Source: an uncultured candidate division Zixibacteria bacterium
Lineage (GTDB): Bacteria; Zixibacteria; MSB-5A5; GN15; FEB-12
NCBI GenBank assembly: GCA_963735035.1
Contig: CAVTJJ010000004.1
Span: 1,440,001-1,504,000 of the forward strand
Direction of reading: 5' to 3'
Length of the DNA stretch: 64,000 nucleotides
Part shown: positions 9,802-19,302 of the stretch, one piece after another
Position numbering within the stretch: position 1 is the first letter of the stretch
How the letters are laid out: every line of letters begins with the position of its first letter
Notes under the pieces: model-generated
Database searches by the model: none
The model's input: only the letters and a program-made list of their open reading frames with translations
What the model was told of the DNA's origin: nothing
Made by a program: the position numbers and the translations under genes

Positions 9802-10188
9802 ATGAAGATACTATTCGTGGAAGATTCTGCGCTTCTGCGACGCACTATGGTCAAGATGGCCAAAGAGAGCGGTTTTGTGGCCATTGAGGCAGCCAACGGG
9901 GCAGAAGCGCTCGCTACTCTGCGCAAGCATGGCAACAGTATCGATCTGGTGGTTCTGGACTGGAATATGCCGGTAATGGACGGCATCCAGGTCCTGAACA
10001 AGATGCGTTCCCAGGAAGAGTTTCGTAGCGTGCCCGTGCTGATGGCGACGTCGGCCGGAGTCGAAGAGGACGTCAAGACCGCTCTCAACGCAGGAGCGTC
10101 CGGGTATATGGTAAAACCGTTTACGGCCGATGCGTTGGTCAAGAAGATCAACTCGATTTTGCACCCCTATCGCAAAGTGGTCAAATAG
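9802..10188 (+). CDS. CheY-like single-domain response regulator
   Basis: VEDS, LDWNMP and KPF motifs. Confidence 0.9.
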   Translation: MKILFVEDSALLRRTMVKMAKESGFVAIEAANGAEALATLRKHGNSIDLVVLDWNMPVMDGIQVLNKMRSQEEFRSVPVLMATSAGVEEDVKTALNAGASGYMVKPFTADALVKKINSILHPYRKVVK

Positions 10189-10242
10189 CCATACAGCTTC
10201 CATGCACCGACTTCTGTCCAGTCAGTCAAGAGGACGACGGGG

Positions 10243-10851
10243 GTGAAAGACTTCTACTACATCGAAGATGGTAACGCCAGTCGCGCCATTCTGGATCAGC
10301 TTCTGGAGCGGTCCCAGGTTGAGTTCCTGACGAAGAAGATTGACAGGGACGAACCCGAAACGGTCCGGCGGGTTCTTTCACTTGTCTGCCAGTCTGTCTG
10401 TGAAGTAATCGCAACCCTGACAGGAGTGTGTCCGATTCCTCGCGAGGCCGTCAAGGTGGCGGTCAATGCCCGTCCGCTCGGCAAAATCACAGCTTGCATG
10501 AAATTCCAGGGCGAAGTCACGGGAACAATAGCTCTCAGTCTGAATCCGGGGCTGGCCCGGGCGCTGGCGGCAGGAATCGCCAGGTGCGACGAAGCAGATT
10601 TAACTGATGACGATGTCCGTGATGGGGTGGGCGAAATAACCAACCAGACGTCAGGGCTGATGCGGACGCTGCTCAGCGACTGCGAATTGGTAACCTGCAT
10701 CGATCTGCCCGAAACCCGGACTGACAGATGTGCCGCCGGCGAAAGCGCAGGCTTCGAGCCCTGCTATGTGCTCATCTTCGAATGGTGTGCTCAGCGCTTT
10801 GCCGCCCAGGTGATGTTGCTCGAGCCGAGAGAAACCCGTAAGCCGTCGTAG
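10243..10851 (+). CDS. cheX: CheX-family chemotaxis phosphatase
   Basis: DGVGEITNQTSG carries the ExxN motif, preceded by a GxxxGxxxLS strand pattern; adjacent to cheY. Confidence 0.7.
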   Translation: MKDFYYIEDGNASRAILDQLLERSQVEFLTKKIDRDEPETVRRVLSLVCQSVCEVIATLTGVCPIPREAVKVAVNARPLGKITACMKFQGEVTGTIALSLNPGLARALAAGIARCDEADLTDDDVRDGVGEITNQTSGLMRTLLSDCELVTCIDLPETRTDRCAAGESAGFEPCYVLIFEWCAQRFAAQVMLLEPRETRKPS

Positions 10852-10901
10852 GGCAGAACCCTCGACCGCTTCGGGCGAGCGGTTCTGCCGAACAAGAGTA
10901 G

Positions 10902-11123
10902 CTACTTATTCCTCAGGGTATCCCGTATTTGTCGCAATAAGAGCGCGATCACGAATATCACCAGAATGGCGGCGAATTCCAGAAGACGTCCCGGCTGGTA
11001 CGGCATCGAGGCCAGGCGATAACCGAACCATTCAATGATCCACTCGATCAAGGCGACCAACAACAATAGAGAGGCGGCCGCAAAGAGCAGCCGGCTGATC
11101 AGGCTGTAGTGACTGTCTTTCAT
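10902..11123 (-). CDS. Small two-TM membrane protein
   Basis: 73 aa with two hydrophobic helices and a GGAGG RBS. Confidence 0.75.
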   Translation of the reverse strand: MKDSHYSLISRLLFAAASLLLLVALIEWIIEWFGYRLASMPYQPGRLLEFAAILVIFVIALLLRQIRDTLRNK

Positions 11124-11139
11124 GATTTCATGCCTCCTT

Positions 11140-11430
11140 CTACAAGCCCGCGGTTCGGTTGATGGTTTTGACCTGTTTGTGCATCAGGTTATTGGCCATG
11201 TGCACCCTGACTATGCGGATCGTCCCCGTGTCGTCGGTAAACCAGAGCTGGAACCAGCCCGGATACTCCGGCGCCGAGGTCACCGAAACAAGTTTGCCGT
11301 ATGATGCCGGCAGGTCACTGAGGGGGGTGGTCAAATCAGGGCTGGCGGTTTCTGTGGAGATTTTCTCGCACGAAAGGCCGAACCCGACTACCAGGACAGC
11401 GAGCAAAGCCGGCGCGACAAGTCTTCTCAT
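11140..11430 (-). CDS. Small lipoprotein
   Basis: MRRLVAPALLAVLVVGFGLSC lipobox; GGAGG RBS before ATG 11430. Confidence 0.7.
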   Translation of the reverse strand: MRRLVAPALLAVLVVGFGLSCEKISTETASPDLTTPLSDLPASYGKLVSVTSAPEYPGWFQLWFTDDTGTIRIVRVHMANNLMHKQVKTINRTAGL

Positions 11431-11580
11431 CTGAGCCTCCATATGTTTGCGCTTGCCTCTAGATGTCGTGACCAGACAGACATCGGACGATGCCTGTCGG
11501 ATGTATCCCTAAAATGGACTAAGATGACGTTTTGAGCAAGGGGAAAGTGGGGGTGGATGCGGCACGAGAGGGACAGTGCA

Positions 11581-11792
11581 GTGAAGTCGGCAGATGTGGA
11601 CATCTGCCGGGCACGTGGTACGAGAGCGTGAAGCCCGGTGAAGTCGGCAGATGTGGGCATCTGCCGGGCACGTGGTACGAGAGCGGACAGGCCAGTGGTG
11701 AAGGCGGCGGACCGGGCACTACAAAGGTGGACGACAGTCTCAGGCAGGCGTCAGGTCACACCCCGCCAAAGGCGGGGCAGGACCTGACGCAA
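11581..11792. repeat. Tandem 57-bp units carrying GTGC-type REPs, plus a GCGTCAG..CTGACGC element
   Basis: Units begin at 11581 and 11638 (REP at 11587 and 11644); GCGTCAGGTCACACC...GACCTGACGC at about 11748-11790. Confidence 0.85.
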
Positions 11793-11803
11793 CCAGGTGA
11801 GCG

Positions 11804-12370
11804 TCACTTCTGGCCGAGTTCGCCGATGGGGAGCGCCTTCAGGCGGCTGAGGCATTCTGTGAAAGCGGCTTCAGCTTCAGCTTTGGTGGCGCGCTTGGAG
11901 ATGACCAGTTCAAACACCAGCATCTCGGTGCGGCCATCGACATATGCGATCATGGCATTAGGAATGAAACGTCCCGGATTATCGATGTAGAAGGTCCGCA
12001 CTGGTTGGCCGGACGCGGCGCGTAAGTGATCAGCCGCCGATATTGAAACCCCTTTGCCGTAGTGCTCGCGGAGAGAGGTCGTATCCCGTCCGAGAACGTC
12101 AGCGAAAACCAGACCACGGATCTTGTAGATATTGACGCCGATGGTAATGTCGGCGGAGTCGTAGGCCTGATTGTCCGGGATAAACGCGAATGAATAGCCG
12201 TCGGCGGCCGCCGCAGAATCGACCATGTCAAATCGATCCGGAGGCGCTATGACGTAGTTGAGCGACTCGCCTTTGTAGAAGGCCGCGTGAAGGTCGGTCG
12301 TTTTTTTGGGTTGGCCGGCCAGCACGGTGGCGCACAAAGCCAGTATCAGCAGGGGAGTGGTTAGCTTCAT
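11804..12370 (-). CDS. Hypothetical secreted protein
   Basis: Signal peptide MKLTTPLLILALCATVLA; 188 aa. Confidence 0.75.
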   Translation of the reverse strand: MKLTTPLLILALCATVLAGQPKKTTDLHAAFYKGESLNYVIAPPDRFDMVDSAAAADGYSFAFIPDNQAYDSADITIGVNIYKIRGLVFADVLGRDTTSLREHYGKGVSISAADHLRAASGQPVRTFYIDNPGRFIPNAMIAYVDGRTEMLVFELVISKRATKAEAEAAFTECLSRLKALPIGELGQK

Positions 12371-12379
12371 ATTTGTGGA

Positions 12380-12406
12380 TTATCGGCCGTAAGGCAGGCC
12401 CGCTTG
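12380..12406 (-). promoter_or_regulatory. Putative sigma28 promoter (near-leaderless transcript)
   Basis: Reverse strand reads CAAG-N15-GCCGATAA, 9 nt before ATG 12370. Confidence 0.6.
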
Positions 12407-12576
12407 GGTCTAAGTTAGGAGTAGTCCGGTGGGCTGCGAAAACCTGTTCAAAAACCGCGCTTTCCCGTCTTTACACGGCCCCGAAACCGATGTATACTGG
12501 CCCCGGAATGTCCCGAACGAAGCTTTGAAATGGCTGTTACGAGAGACGAGTATATAACCTGTAACTGAGGTAAGAC

Positions 12577-13626
12577 ATGGCAGGAATAGTTGGTTATGGT
12601 GCCCATTTGCCGAGGCACCGAATCAAAGTCGAAGAGATCGCCAAGGTCTGGGGTACCGACGCGGCCAGCTACAAAAAGGGGCTGATGTTGCGCGAAAAAT
12701 CGGTTCCACCACCGGACATGGATACGATTACTCTTTCGGTCGAGGCGGCCAAAAACGCCTTCCGACGGGCCGGCAATATCGACCGCTCCAAAGTGGGAGC
12801 GATCTACATCGGCTCCGAATCCCATCCGTACGCCGTGAAGCCGTCCGGCACGACGGTTGGCGAAGTAATGGGTATTTTCAATGATTGTCACTGCGCTGAT
12901 TTCGAGTTCGCCTGCAAGGCCGGCTCGGAAGCTATGTTTGTCGCTCTGTCGCATGTCAAGGCGGGCGAAATGAAATACGCTCTGGCCATCGCGGCGGATA
13001 CGTCGCAAGGAGCTCCGTCGGATGCTCTCGAATTTTCGGCGGCGGCCGGCGCGGCGGCGTTTATTATGGGCACGGACGATTTGATCGCCGAATGTTTGTT
13101 CACCCATTCCTGGATGCACGACATGCCCGATTTCTGGCGGCGCGAACACGAGTTCTATCCGCAGCACGCCGGACGCTTCACCGGTGAAGAGGCGTATTTC
13201 ACGACCACCCGGGGCGCGTCAGAGGCGATTCTGAAGAAATCCGGAATGAAACCGTCCGATTTCAAGTACGCCGTCTTCCACCAGCCGAACGGCAAGTTCC
13301 CGCAGCGAGTTGCCCTTGAGCTGGGTTTCACGCAGGCCCAGATCGATCCGGGCTGGCTGTCGCCCCGTCTGGGCAACACCTATTCCGGAGCGTCGCCGAT
13401 TGGTTTGACCGGCTGTCTGGACGTTTCCAAACCGGGCGATTTGATTTTCATGTGCTCTTACGGTTCCGGCGCCGGGTCGGATTCTTTCGTCTGGAAAGTG
13501 ACCGACCGGATTGACAAAGTTCGCAATCTGGCCGTGGGTACACACAAGTTGTTGGATGAGAATCTGACCTATATCGAATACGGCACTTACGCCAAGTTCC
13601 GGCACAAAATCATCAAGAACAAGTAG
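12577..13626 (+). CDS. Hydroxymethylglutaryl-CoA synthase, archaeal type
   Basis: [18 protein letters not shown] (catalytic Cys), [15 protein letters not shown] and SYGSGAGSD. Confidence 0.92.
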   Translation: MAGIVGYGAHLPRHRIKVEEIAKVWGTDAASYKKGLMLREKSVPPPDMDTITLSVEAAKNAFRRAGNIDRSKVGAIYIGSESHPYAVKPSGTTVGEVMGIFNDCHCADFEFACKAGSEAMFVALSHVKAGEMKYALAIAADTSQGAPSDALEFSAAAGAAAFIMGTDDLIAECLFTHSWMHDMPDFWRREHEFYPQHAGRFTGEEAYFTTTRGASEAILKKSGMKPSDFKYAVFHQPNGKFPQRVALELGFTQAQIDPGWLSPRLGNTYSGASPIGLTGCLDVSKPGDLIFMCSYGSGAGSDSFVWKVTDRIDKVRNLAVGTHKLLDENLTYIEYGTYAKFRHKIIKNK

Positions 13627-13640
13627 GAGATGAGTATATC

Positions 13641-14801
13641 ATGAGACCTGTTTGTGTTGTTGGCGCCGGAATGAGTCAGTGGGGCGAAGTCTGGCGCAGA
13701 TCACTTAGAGATTTATATGTCGATGCGGCCCGCGCGGCTATTAAGAACGCCGGAGTGGACCATATCGATTCCATGTATGTCGGTTGCATGACCGGCGGGT
13801 TGTTTGTCGGTCAGGAACATATCGGCGCGTTGATGGCCGACTATCTCGGCATGCCGGGCATTTCTGCCACGCACGTCGAGTCGGCTTGCGCGTCCGGCGG
13901 AATAGCGTTCCGTCAGGCGTTTATCGAAGTCGGTTCCGGGATGTCAGAAATTGTCCTGGCGTCCGGTGTCGAGAAGATGACCGACTGTTCCGGCGACGAG
14001 GCGACGGCCGCTCTGGCGACCGCTGCCGATGCCGAATACGAAGTTTTCAACGGCGCGACGTTCCCAGGGCTGTACGCCCTGATGGCGCACGCCCATATGC
14101 ATAAGTACGGGACAACCCGCGCTATGCTGACGGCGGTGTCGGTGAAGAACCATTTCAACGGTTCGATGAACCCGTTCGCACAGTATCCATTCAAGGTGAA
14201 GGCCGAGACGGTGGAAACGTCGGTGATGGTGGCCGACCCGCTTCGGATTCTCGACTGCTCGCCGATTACCGACGGCGCTGCTGCCGTGATCGTCTGCAGT
14301 GAAGAGGTCGCGAAGAAACTCAAGAAACCGTACATCAAAGTGCTCGCGTCGGCGCTTGCGACCGACATCATGCAGTTGGCCCAGCGTGAAGACATCACGA
14401 CGATCAAGTCGGCCACGATTGCATCGCAGAAGGCGTTGCAGATGGCTGGGAAGAAGATCACCGACATTCAGTTTGCCGAAGTGCACGACTGCTTCACGAT
14501 CGCCGAGATCATGGTAGCTGAGTCGATCGGCCGTTACAAACCGGGCCAGGCGGGTCCGGCGTTTGTGGCGGGCGAGAGCGCGCTCGACGGCAAGTTCCCG
14601 ATCAATCCATCCGGCGGCTTGAAATCGAAGGGCCATCCGGTCGGTGCGACCGGTGTCGCACAGATCGTCGAAGTGTTCAAGCAGTTGACGGGTGTGGCTG
14701 AGAACGGCCGCCAGATCAAGGGCTCGCCGAAACTGGCCATGACTCAGAACATGGGCGGCACCGGGGCCTCGTCGGTGGTCCACATCATGGAGGTGGCATA
14801 A
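13641..14801 (+). CDS. Thiolase, archaeal acetoacetyl-CoA/SCP2 type
   Basis: ESACASG, EVHDCF and KGHPVGATG. Confidence 0.92.
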   Translation: MRPVCVVGAGMSQWGEVWRRSLRDLYVDAARAAIKNAGVDHIDSMYVGCMTGGLFVGQEHIGALMADYLGMPGISATHVESACASGGIAFRQAFIEVGSGMSEIVLASGVEKMTDCSGDEATAALATAADAEYEVFNGATFPGLYALMAHAHMHKYGTTRAMLTAVSVKNHFNGSMNPFAQYPFKVKAETVETSVMVADPLRILDCSPITDGAAAVIVCSEEVAKKLKKPYIKVLASALATDIMQLAQREDITTIKSATIASQKALQMAGKKITDIQFAEVHDCFTIAEIMVAESIGRYKPGQAGPAFVAGESALDGKFPINPSGGLKSKGHPVGATGVAQIVEVFKQLTGVAENGRQIKGSPKLAMTQNMGGTGASSVVHIMEVA

Positions 14802-15202
14802 TGTCGATATTTCCATCAAGAGTATGGCGTGAATTCCCGCAGCGGTATCGGATGGAGGCGGTTCGCTTCAAGAAGAGCGGCAAGACCTACTTCCCGCCGC
14901 GCCAGGTGGACCCGATCAACGGCGACACCGAATGCGAGAAAGTCATCCTGCCGGAAACCGGCAAAGTGTCTACTTACACCGTGATTCGTGTTGCTCCGTC
15001 GCAGTGGGGCGACCTGTCACCGTACGGACTGGCGATAGTCGAACTGACAGACGGCACGAAGTTGTTCGGACAGATGACCGACTGCAATGTCGATCAGATC
15101 AAGATCGGCATGGAGGTGCGAATCGAGTTCCGCAAGGTGCAGAGCGAGGGTTCGCACGGCGTCCTGAGCTACGGTTACAAGTTCGTCCCGAAGTGGTATT
15201 GA
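14801..15202 (+). CDS. DUF35 OB-fold scaffold protein
   Basis: YFPPR, GKVSTYTVI, IGMEV and YGYKF; follows HMGCS and thiolase. Confidence 0.9.
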   Translation: MSIFPSRVWREFPQRYRMEAVRFKKSGKTYFPPRQVDPINGDTECEKVILPETGKVSTYTVIRVAPSQWGDLSPYGLAIVELTDGTKLFGQMTDCNVDQIKIGMEVRIEFRKVQSEGSHGVLSYGYKFVPKWY

Positions 15203-15254
15203 GTTTGTAGGTCGAAACCAGCCCGCTTCGGGCGGTTTCGACATCGTGTGATAC

Positions 15255-15289
15255 AACCGGCAGGCCTGCGGGCCTGCCGGTTTTGTTTT
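15255..15289 (+). terminator. Intrinsic terminator
   Basis: AACCGGCAGGCC-tgcg-GGCCTGCCGGTT followed by TTGTTTT. Confidence 0.75.
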
Positions 15290-15356
15290 GTGATTGCGTA
15301 CCATCGCGTTACATACTATCTTGATTGAAGTCTAACTAGAACAAAAGGGACAGGAC

Positions 15357-15719
15357 ATGTCGTGGTACGACGCAATCAAAGACGCAATTGATGTCGCAAA
15401 GAGGTTCGATCAGACAGAATTGTACGACAAGCTTCTGAAATTGCGTGAGGAAATGAGCGAACTTCGCGATGACAACATCGCTAAGACAGAGAAGATTCGA
15501 GAGCTTGAGGAACAACTGAAACTCAAGGCACTAATCGAGTTCGACAAGGGGGTTTACTGGATCCGAAATGACCCTGCAGCAGGCGGTGAGTGCGATACCC
15601 CAATCTGTCCGAATTGCTATGATTCGGAGAAGAAGGTCATGCGCCTGCCCATATGCACATTGTCTAGTGGTCCCGTGGTATACTGCTGGAACTGTAAGCT
15701 TGAGCAACATGTGAAGTAA
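15357..15719 (+). CDS. Coiled-coil plus Zn-ribbon hypothetical protein
   Basis: N-terminal coiled coil; CPNC and CWNC pairs; RBS-like AGGA before ATG. Confidence 0.75.
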   Translation: MSWYDAIKDAIDVAKRFDQTELYDKLLKLREEMSELRDDNIAKTEKIRELEEQLKLKALIEFDKGVYWIRNDPAAGGECDTPICPNCYDSEKKVMRLPICTLSSGPVVYCWNCKLEQHVK

Positions 15720-15757
15720 TAGATAATCGTCTCAAAATCACAGAGCGATGACTATAC

Positions 15758-16585
15758 ATGAAAGATCGTTTGAAGAGTGACTGTGGTTCCGCTGATTCTG
15801 TAATGCACAAAGACACAAGGAAGCGATTCGCGACGGTAGAAGTAAAGCATGGCCCGTTGCAGGTGCGCGAGAATTGTGGTCAGGGCGTTAACGCCGAGCT
15901 TGGGTTGGACCACGAAATCATCGCGCACGAGTACTTTCCGACAGACGTGACGGTTGACTTCTATACACTAACCCTACGGCGAGCAGTTTACTCAATTGAC
16001 GACATTCCACAGGCGGCAAATAACCTCACGGAGGCCCTCCATCGCCTCTGCTATGTCTGGCCTTTCGCTGCGGAATCTCCGATATTCTTTGAAGCAACGC
16101 GCACTCGGAGAATCCTACTGTATCGAGACAATTTCTAGGAAGTACGGGAACAGTTTCTCGCCGACATCGGCAGGCGATCCGTTAGAAAGGACCTGTCGGT
16201 TCGCTGGGGGAGGAGGAGATATCTCTGGTCGAGCTTCCCACTAAGCGCGGCTGTTGGCCTGTATGACAGGGCGGTCGAAGATGACTGCCTTGCGCGAATG
16301 GTCAAGTACTACTACCAAGCCCAGAGCGAGCCAGAGACTTGGTACGTGAATCTGTACAAGGTAATGGATACGCTCAAGAAGAAGTACAGAACAAAGAAGC
16401 CTTCGAAACTACTATCTCTGGACGATAAAGATTGGGAGTTCTTCGAAAAGACTCTGAATACCCACGATCTTCGGCACGCGGACTCTCTGAGAAGTAATCG
16501 GGAGAGTATATCCCTGACTGACGAGAAGCGCGCGTTTCGGATAGCACATGGTTTTGTGCAGGCATACATAGACAAGACCAGATAA
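15758..16585 (+). pseudogene. Hypothetical gene with HEPN-like C-terminus, interrupted by one in-frame TAG at 16136-16138
   Basis: ORFs 15758-16138 and 16298-16585 share a frame and the 53 codons between them are stop-free. The C-terminus reads LYKVMD...TLNTHDLRHA. Confidence 0.6.
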
Positions 16586-16924
16586 TCAATAGCCTGTGGG
16601 GCGAAACCATTGCGGTTTCGATATTCTCTCTCGTAAACACCGACAAACCGAAATGGTCAAAACCACGTCTCCCGCCTGCGGCGGTTGACTCAGGGGTTTT
16701 GACCTGGCGTGCTAGGCGTCAGGTCACACCTCGCCCGACTCCGTCGGTCTCGGCAAGACCTGACACAACAGCGAACCGGCAGATGAGGATATCTGCCGGG
16801 CACGGCTTACGAGATCCTATCTGCCCGGAAACGGCACACACACTAAACGCATATCCGCATGAGACCGTCTTTCTATTAGGAGTTGGACAGGTGCCCTTAT
16901 AGTCTATGGCGTTAGGAGGTTCAT

Positions 16925-17275
16925 ATGAGAGGTCGGATGCTTATCGCCGGAGTGGCGGTGCTGCTGCTCGTTGCGGGCTGCTTTCCGTTCAAGGGTGGAT
17001 CGAAAGACACCGGCCGCGTTGCGGGGATTGTCACCGCCCAGGCGACTAGGGAACCGATCTTCTACGCGGCCGTGCTTCTGGAAGGTACGGTTCTGGGGGC
17101 GATGACCGACAAGGATGGGGAATTCACTGTCAGAGACGTGAAGCCGGGTACGTATGACATCCGGGTGTCGCAGGTGGGATATCGCTCAACCCAGGTGAAG
17201 GGAGTCGTCGTGACGGTCGGAAAGACCACCCGCATCACGGCGGCACTGTCCCCGGGGCCGGATTCAATACCATGA
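16925..17275 (+). CDS. Lipoprotein with carboxypeptidase-regulatory-like domain
   Basis: LVAGC lipobox; GAMTDKDGEF and PGTYDIRVSQVGY. Confidence 0.85.
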   Translation: MRGRMLIAGVAVLLLVAGCFPFKGGSKDTGRVAGIVTAQATREPIFYAAVLLEGTVLGAMTDKDGEFTVRDVKPGTYDIRVSQVGYRSTQVKGVVVTVGKTTRITAALSPGPDSIP

Positions 17276-17382
17276 CATCTTGTCACGGTCCCGAGTCAGA
17301 TCACACGACGCTCGCCTGTCGTTGACGGATTCGTCGGCAGGATCCCGATCAAGTCGGGGGCAAGCTCTGACGCAACAAGCGA

Positions 17383-18068
17383 CGGGTCGCGAGACCCGTC
17401 ATTCCTGCGAAGGCAGGAACCCAGTCAAGTTGGAGCGGGGGCCTAACGTAGTTCTCTAGGACGTTCTACTCGTGGAGTTCTGCTACTGTCCAGTTCAGTG
17501 ACATAGCGGTCTTGGCTGGGCCCCTGCCTTCGCAGGGGTGACAGAGAGGAGCGCAGGGTAGAATTGAGCTCATGATAGCGAACTCGGGTTACGTTCGTGA
17601 GGCACCCACCCGTTGGGTGGGGTACCGGACAAGCTTCAGATCACACCTCGTTCGCTGTAGGCGAACTCGGGAGGATCCCGATCAAGTCTGGGGCAGGCTT
17701 TGCCGCCCACGGACAGGCCTTTGCGAAATCACGAGAACGGGTCGCAAGACCCGTCATTCCTGCGGAGGCAGGAATCCAGACAAGATGGAGCGGGGGCCTA
17801 ATGTAGTTCTCGAAGACGTTCTATGCGTGGAGTTCTGATATTGTTCAGTTCGGTGACATAGCGGTTTTGTCTGGGCCCCTGCCTTCGCAGGGGTGACAGA
17901 GAGGAGCGCAGGGTAGAATTGAGCTCATGATAGCGAACTCGGGTTACGTTCGTGAGGCACCCACCCGTTGGGTGGGGTACCGGACAAGCGTCAGATCACA
18001 CCTCGTTCGCTGTAGGTGAACTCGGCAGATCCCCGATCAGGTCAGGGGCAGGCTCTGACGCAACAAGC
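17383..18068. repeat. Tandem duplication of a 355-bp-period composite repeat unit
   Basis: About 17383-17700 recurs at 17738-18055. Each copy has a CGTC REP pair (17397-17542; 17752-17897) followed by a nearly identical ~100-bp tail. Confidence 0.9.
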
Positions 18069-18155
18069 AATCATGTCGGGTTTCTCGCCCGCCAAAGGCG
18101 GGCTCGGAACACCGACCTACTTTTGAATAGTTGTCACGCAATCCGCAAACATCCT

Positions 18156-18557
18156 TCAATGGTCGGACTGGACGGTGTGCAGAAGCTGAGTGTTGTTGGT
18201 CCAGGTGACCGTGTCCATCACATGAACCGTTACGGTCGGCAGAGTGAATCCCGTAATGTTGAGATCCAGACTTTTCGGTGTCCCACCCGTCACGACGGTA
18301 ATAACACCTGCCATGCCCACACCACCGGGGCCGCCGTGGTACTTGCAATAGTACGGAATGACCTTGGCGGTCTTGAACACGTGAGTGAACGAGGCTCCCG
18401 CCTGCATGTCACCCGAGACAAATTCCGGTCCACCACCGCCCATACCGCCGCCACCTGAAGGGCCCGTGGGATTAGAATTGTTCTTTGACGAACACCCCAC
18501 GACTATGCCTATCAGCATCAGTGCCAGGGCGGTCAGCAAGATCCTTCTTGAGTTCAT
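18156..18557 (-). CDS. Cupredoxin (plastocyanin/amicyanin-like) lipoprotein, circularly permuted
   Basis: VVGC lipobox. YYCKYH...GMAGVITV comes before DTVTWTN...HTVQSD. Confidence 0.8.
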   Translation of the reverse strand: MNSRRILLTALALMLIGIVVGCSSKNNSNPTGPSGGGGMGGGGPEFVSGDMQAGASFTHVFKTAKVIPYYCKYHGGPGGVGMAGVITVVTGGTPKSLDLNITGFTLPTVTVHVMDTVTWTNNTQLLHTVQSDH

Positions 18558-18815
18558 AGCGTCTTCATCCTTTCCTGAATTCAGACTACGCCAATTTGAT
18601 ATGGACCAAAACAGGCCATTATGTAGAATTGTTCCGCGATACTTAGGAGGGCAGCTCATGGAAGGCGGCCGATGTAGGTCCGCCGCGGCGACTGGAGACG
18701 CCTTTCTGCGGGCGAACCCACAGCAAGCTGTGGGGTACCAGAAAGGCGTCAGGTTACACCTCGCCCGCCCTGGGCGGCCTCGGCAGGACCTGCCGCAACT
18801 TCATTGGTGCCCGAT

Positions 18816-18842
18816 TCAGGTTTGAACGGTTCGCGCCGATAT
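18816..18842 (+). promoter_or_regulatory. Putative sigma28 promoter
   Basis: TCAG-N15-GCCGATAT. Confidence 0.5.
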
Positions 18843-18888
18843 ACGGATAAATGGCGACTCCAGGCTGCAAACAGCTCAGGGGGCAGGT

Positions 18889-19107
18889 TTGATAAAGCAG
18901 AAGATTTCCGACGAGGCCGAGGCGATTCACGAAAACATGCGCGTTATCCGCGCCAAGTTCAAGCCGCTGCTGGATACTGAAGTTTATCTCGAAGATGTTT
19001 CGATGTTGGTCGAGGTCGTTCCCCGGATGATGGACAACATCGAAGAACTCTCCAAAGAACTCAACCACGCCTTTACGATTCTCAGCGACACGCCGAAGAG
19101 GGAATAG
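18889..19107 (+). CDS. Small helical hypothetical protein
   Basis: 72 aa amphipathic sequence; AGGGG RBS before TTG; preceded by a sigma28-like promoter. Confidence 0.55.
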   Translation: MIKQKISDEAEAIHENMRVIRAKFKPLLDTEVYLEDVSMLVEVVPRMMDNIEELSKELNHAFTILSDTPKRE

Positions 19108-19129
19108 ACGACCGACGGGTCGCCAGACC

Positions 19130-19276
19130 CGTCATTCCTGCGGAGGCAGGAACCCAGTCAAGTTGGAGCGGGGGATGCAGGGAGTTATCAAGATTGCTCT
19201 ATGCGCGTGATTCCGAAATTGTATGCGCCATCTCCACAGCGATCTTGTCTGGGCCCCTGCCGCCGCAGGGGTGACG
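19130..19276. repeat. CGTC-type REP inverted pair
   Basis: Same ends as the 17397 and 17752 elements. Confidence 0.85.
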
Positions 19277-19302
19277 GAGTAGTGGCGAAGGGGTAACAAC
19301 CC

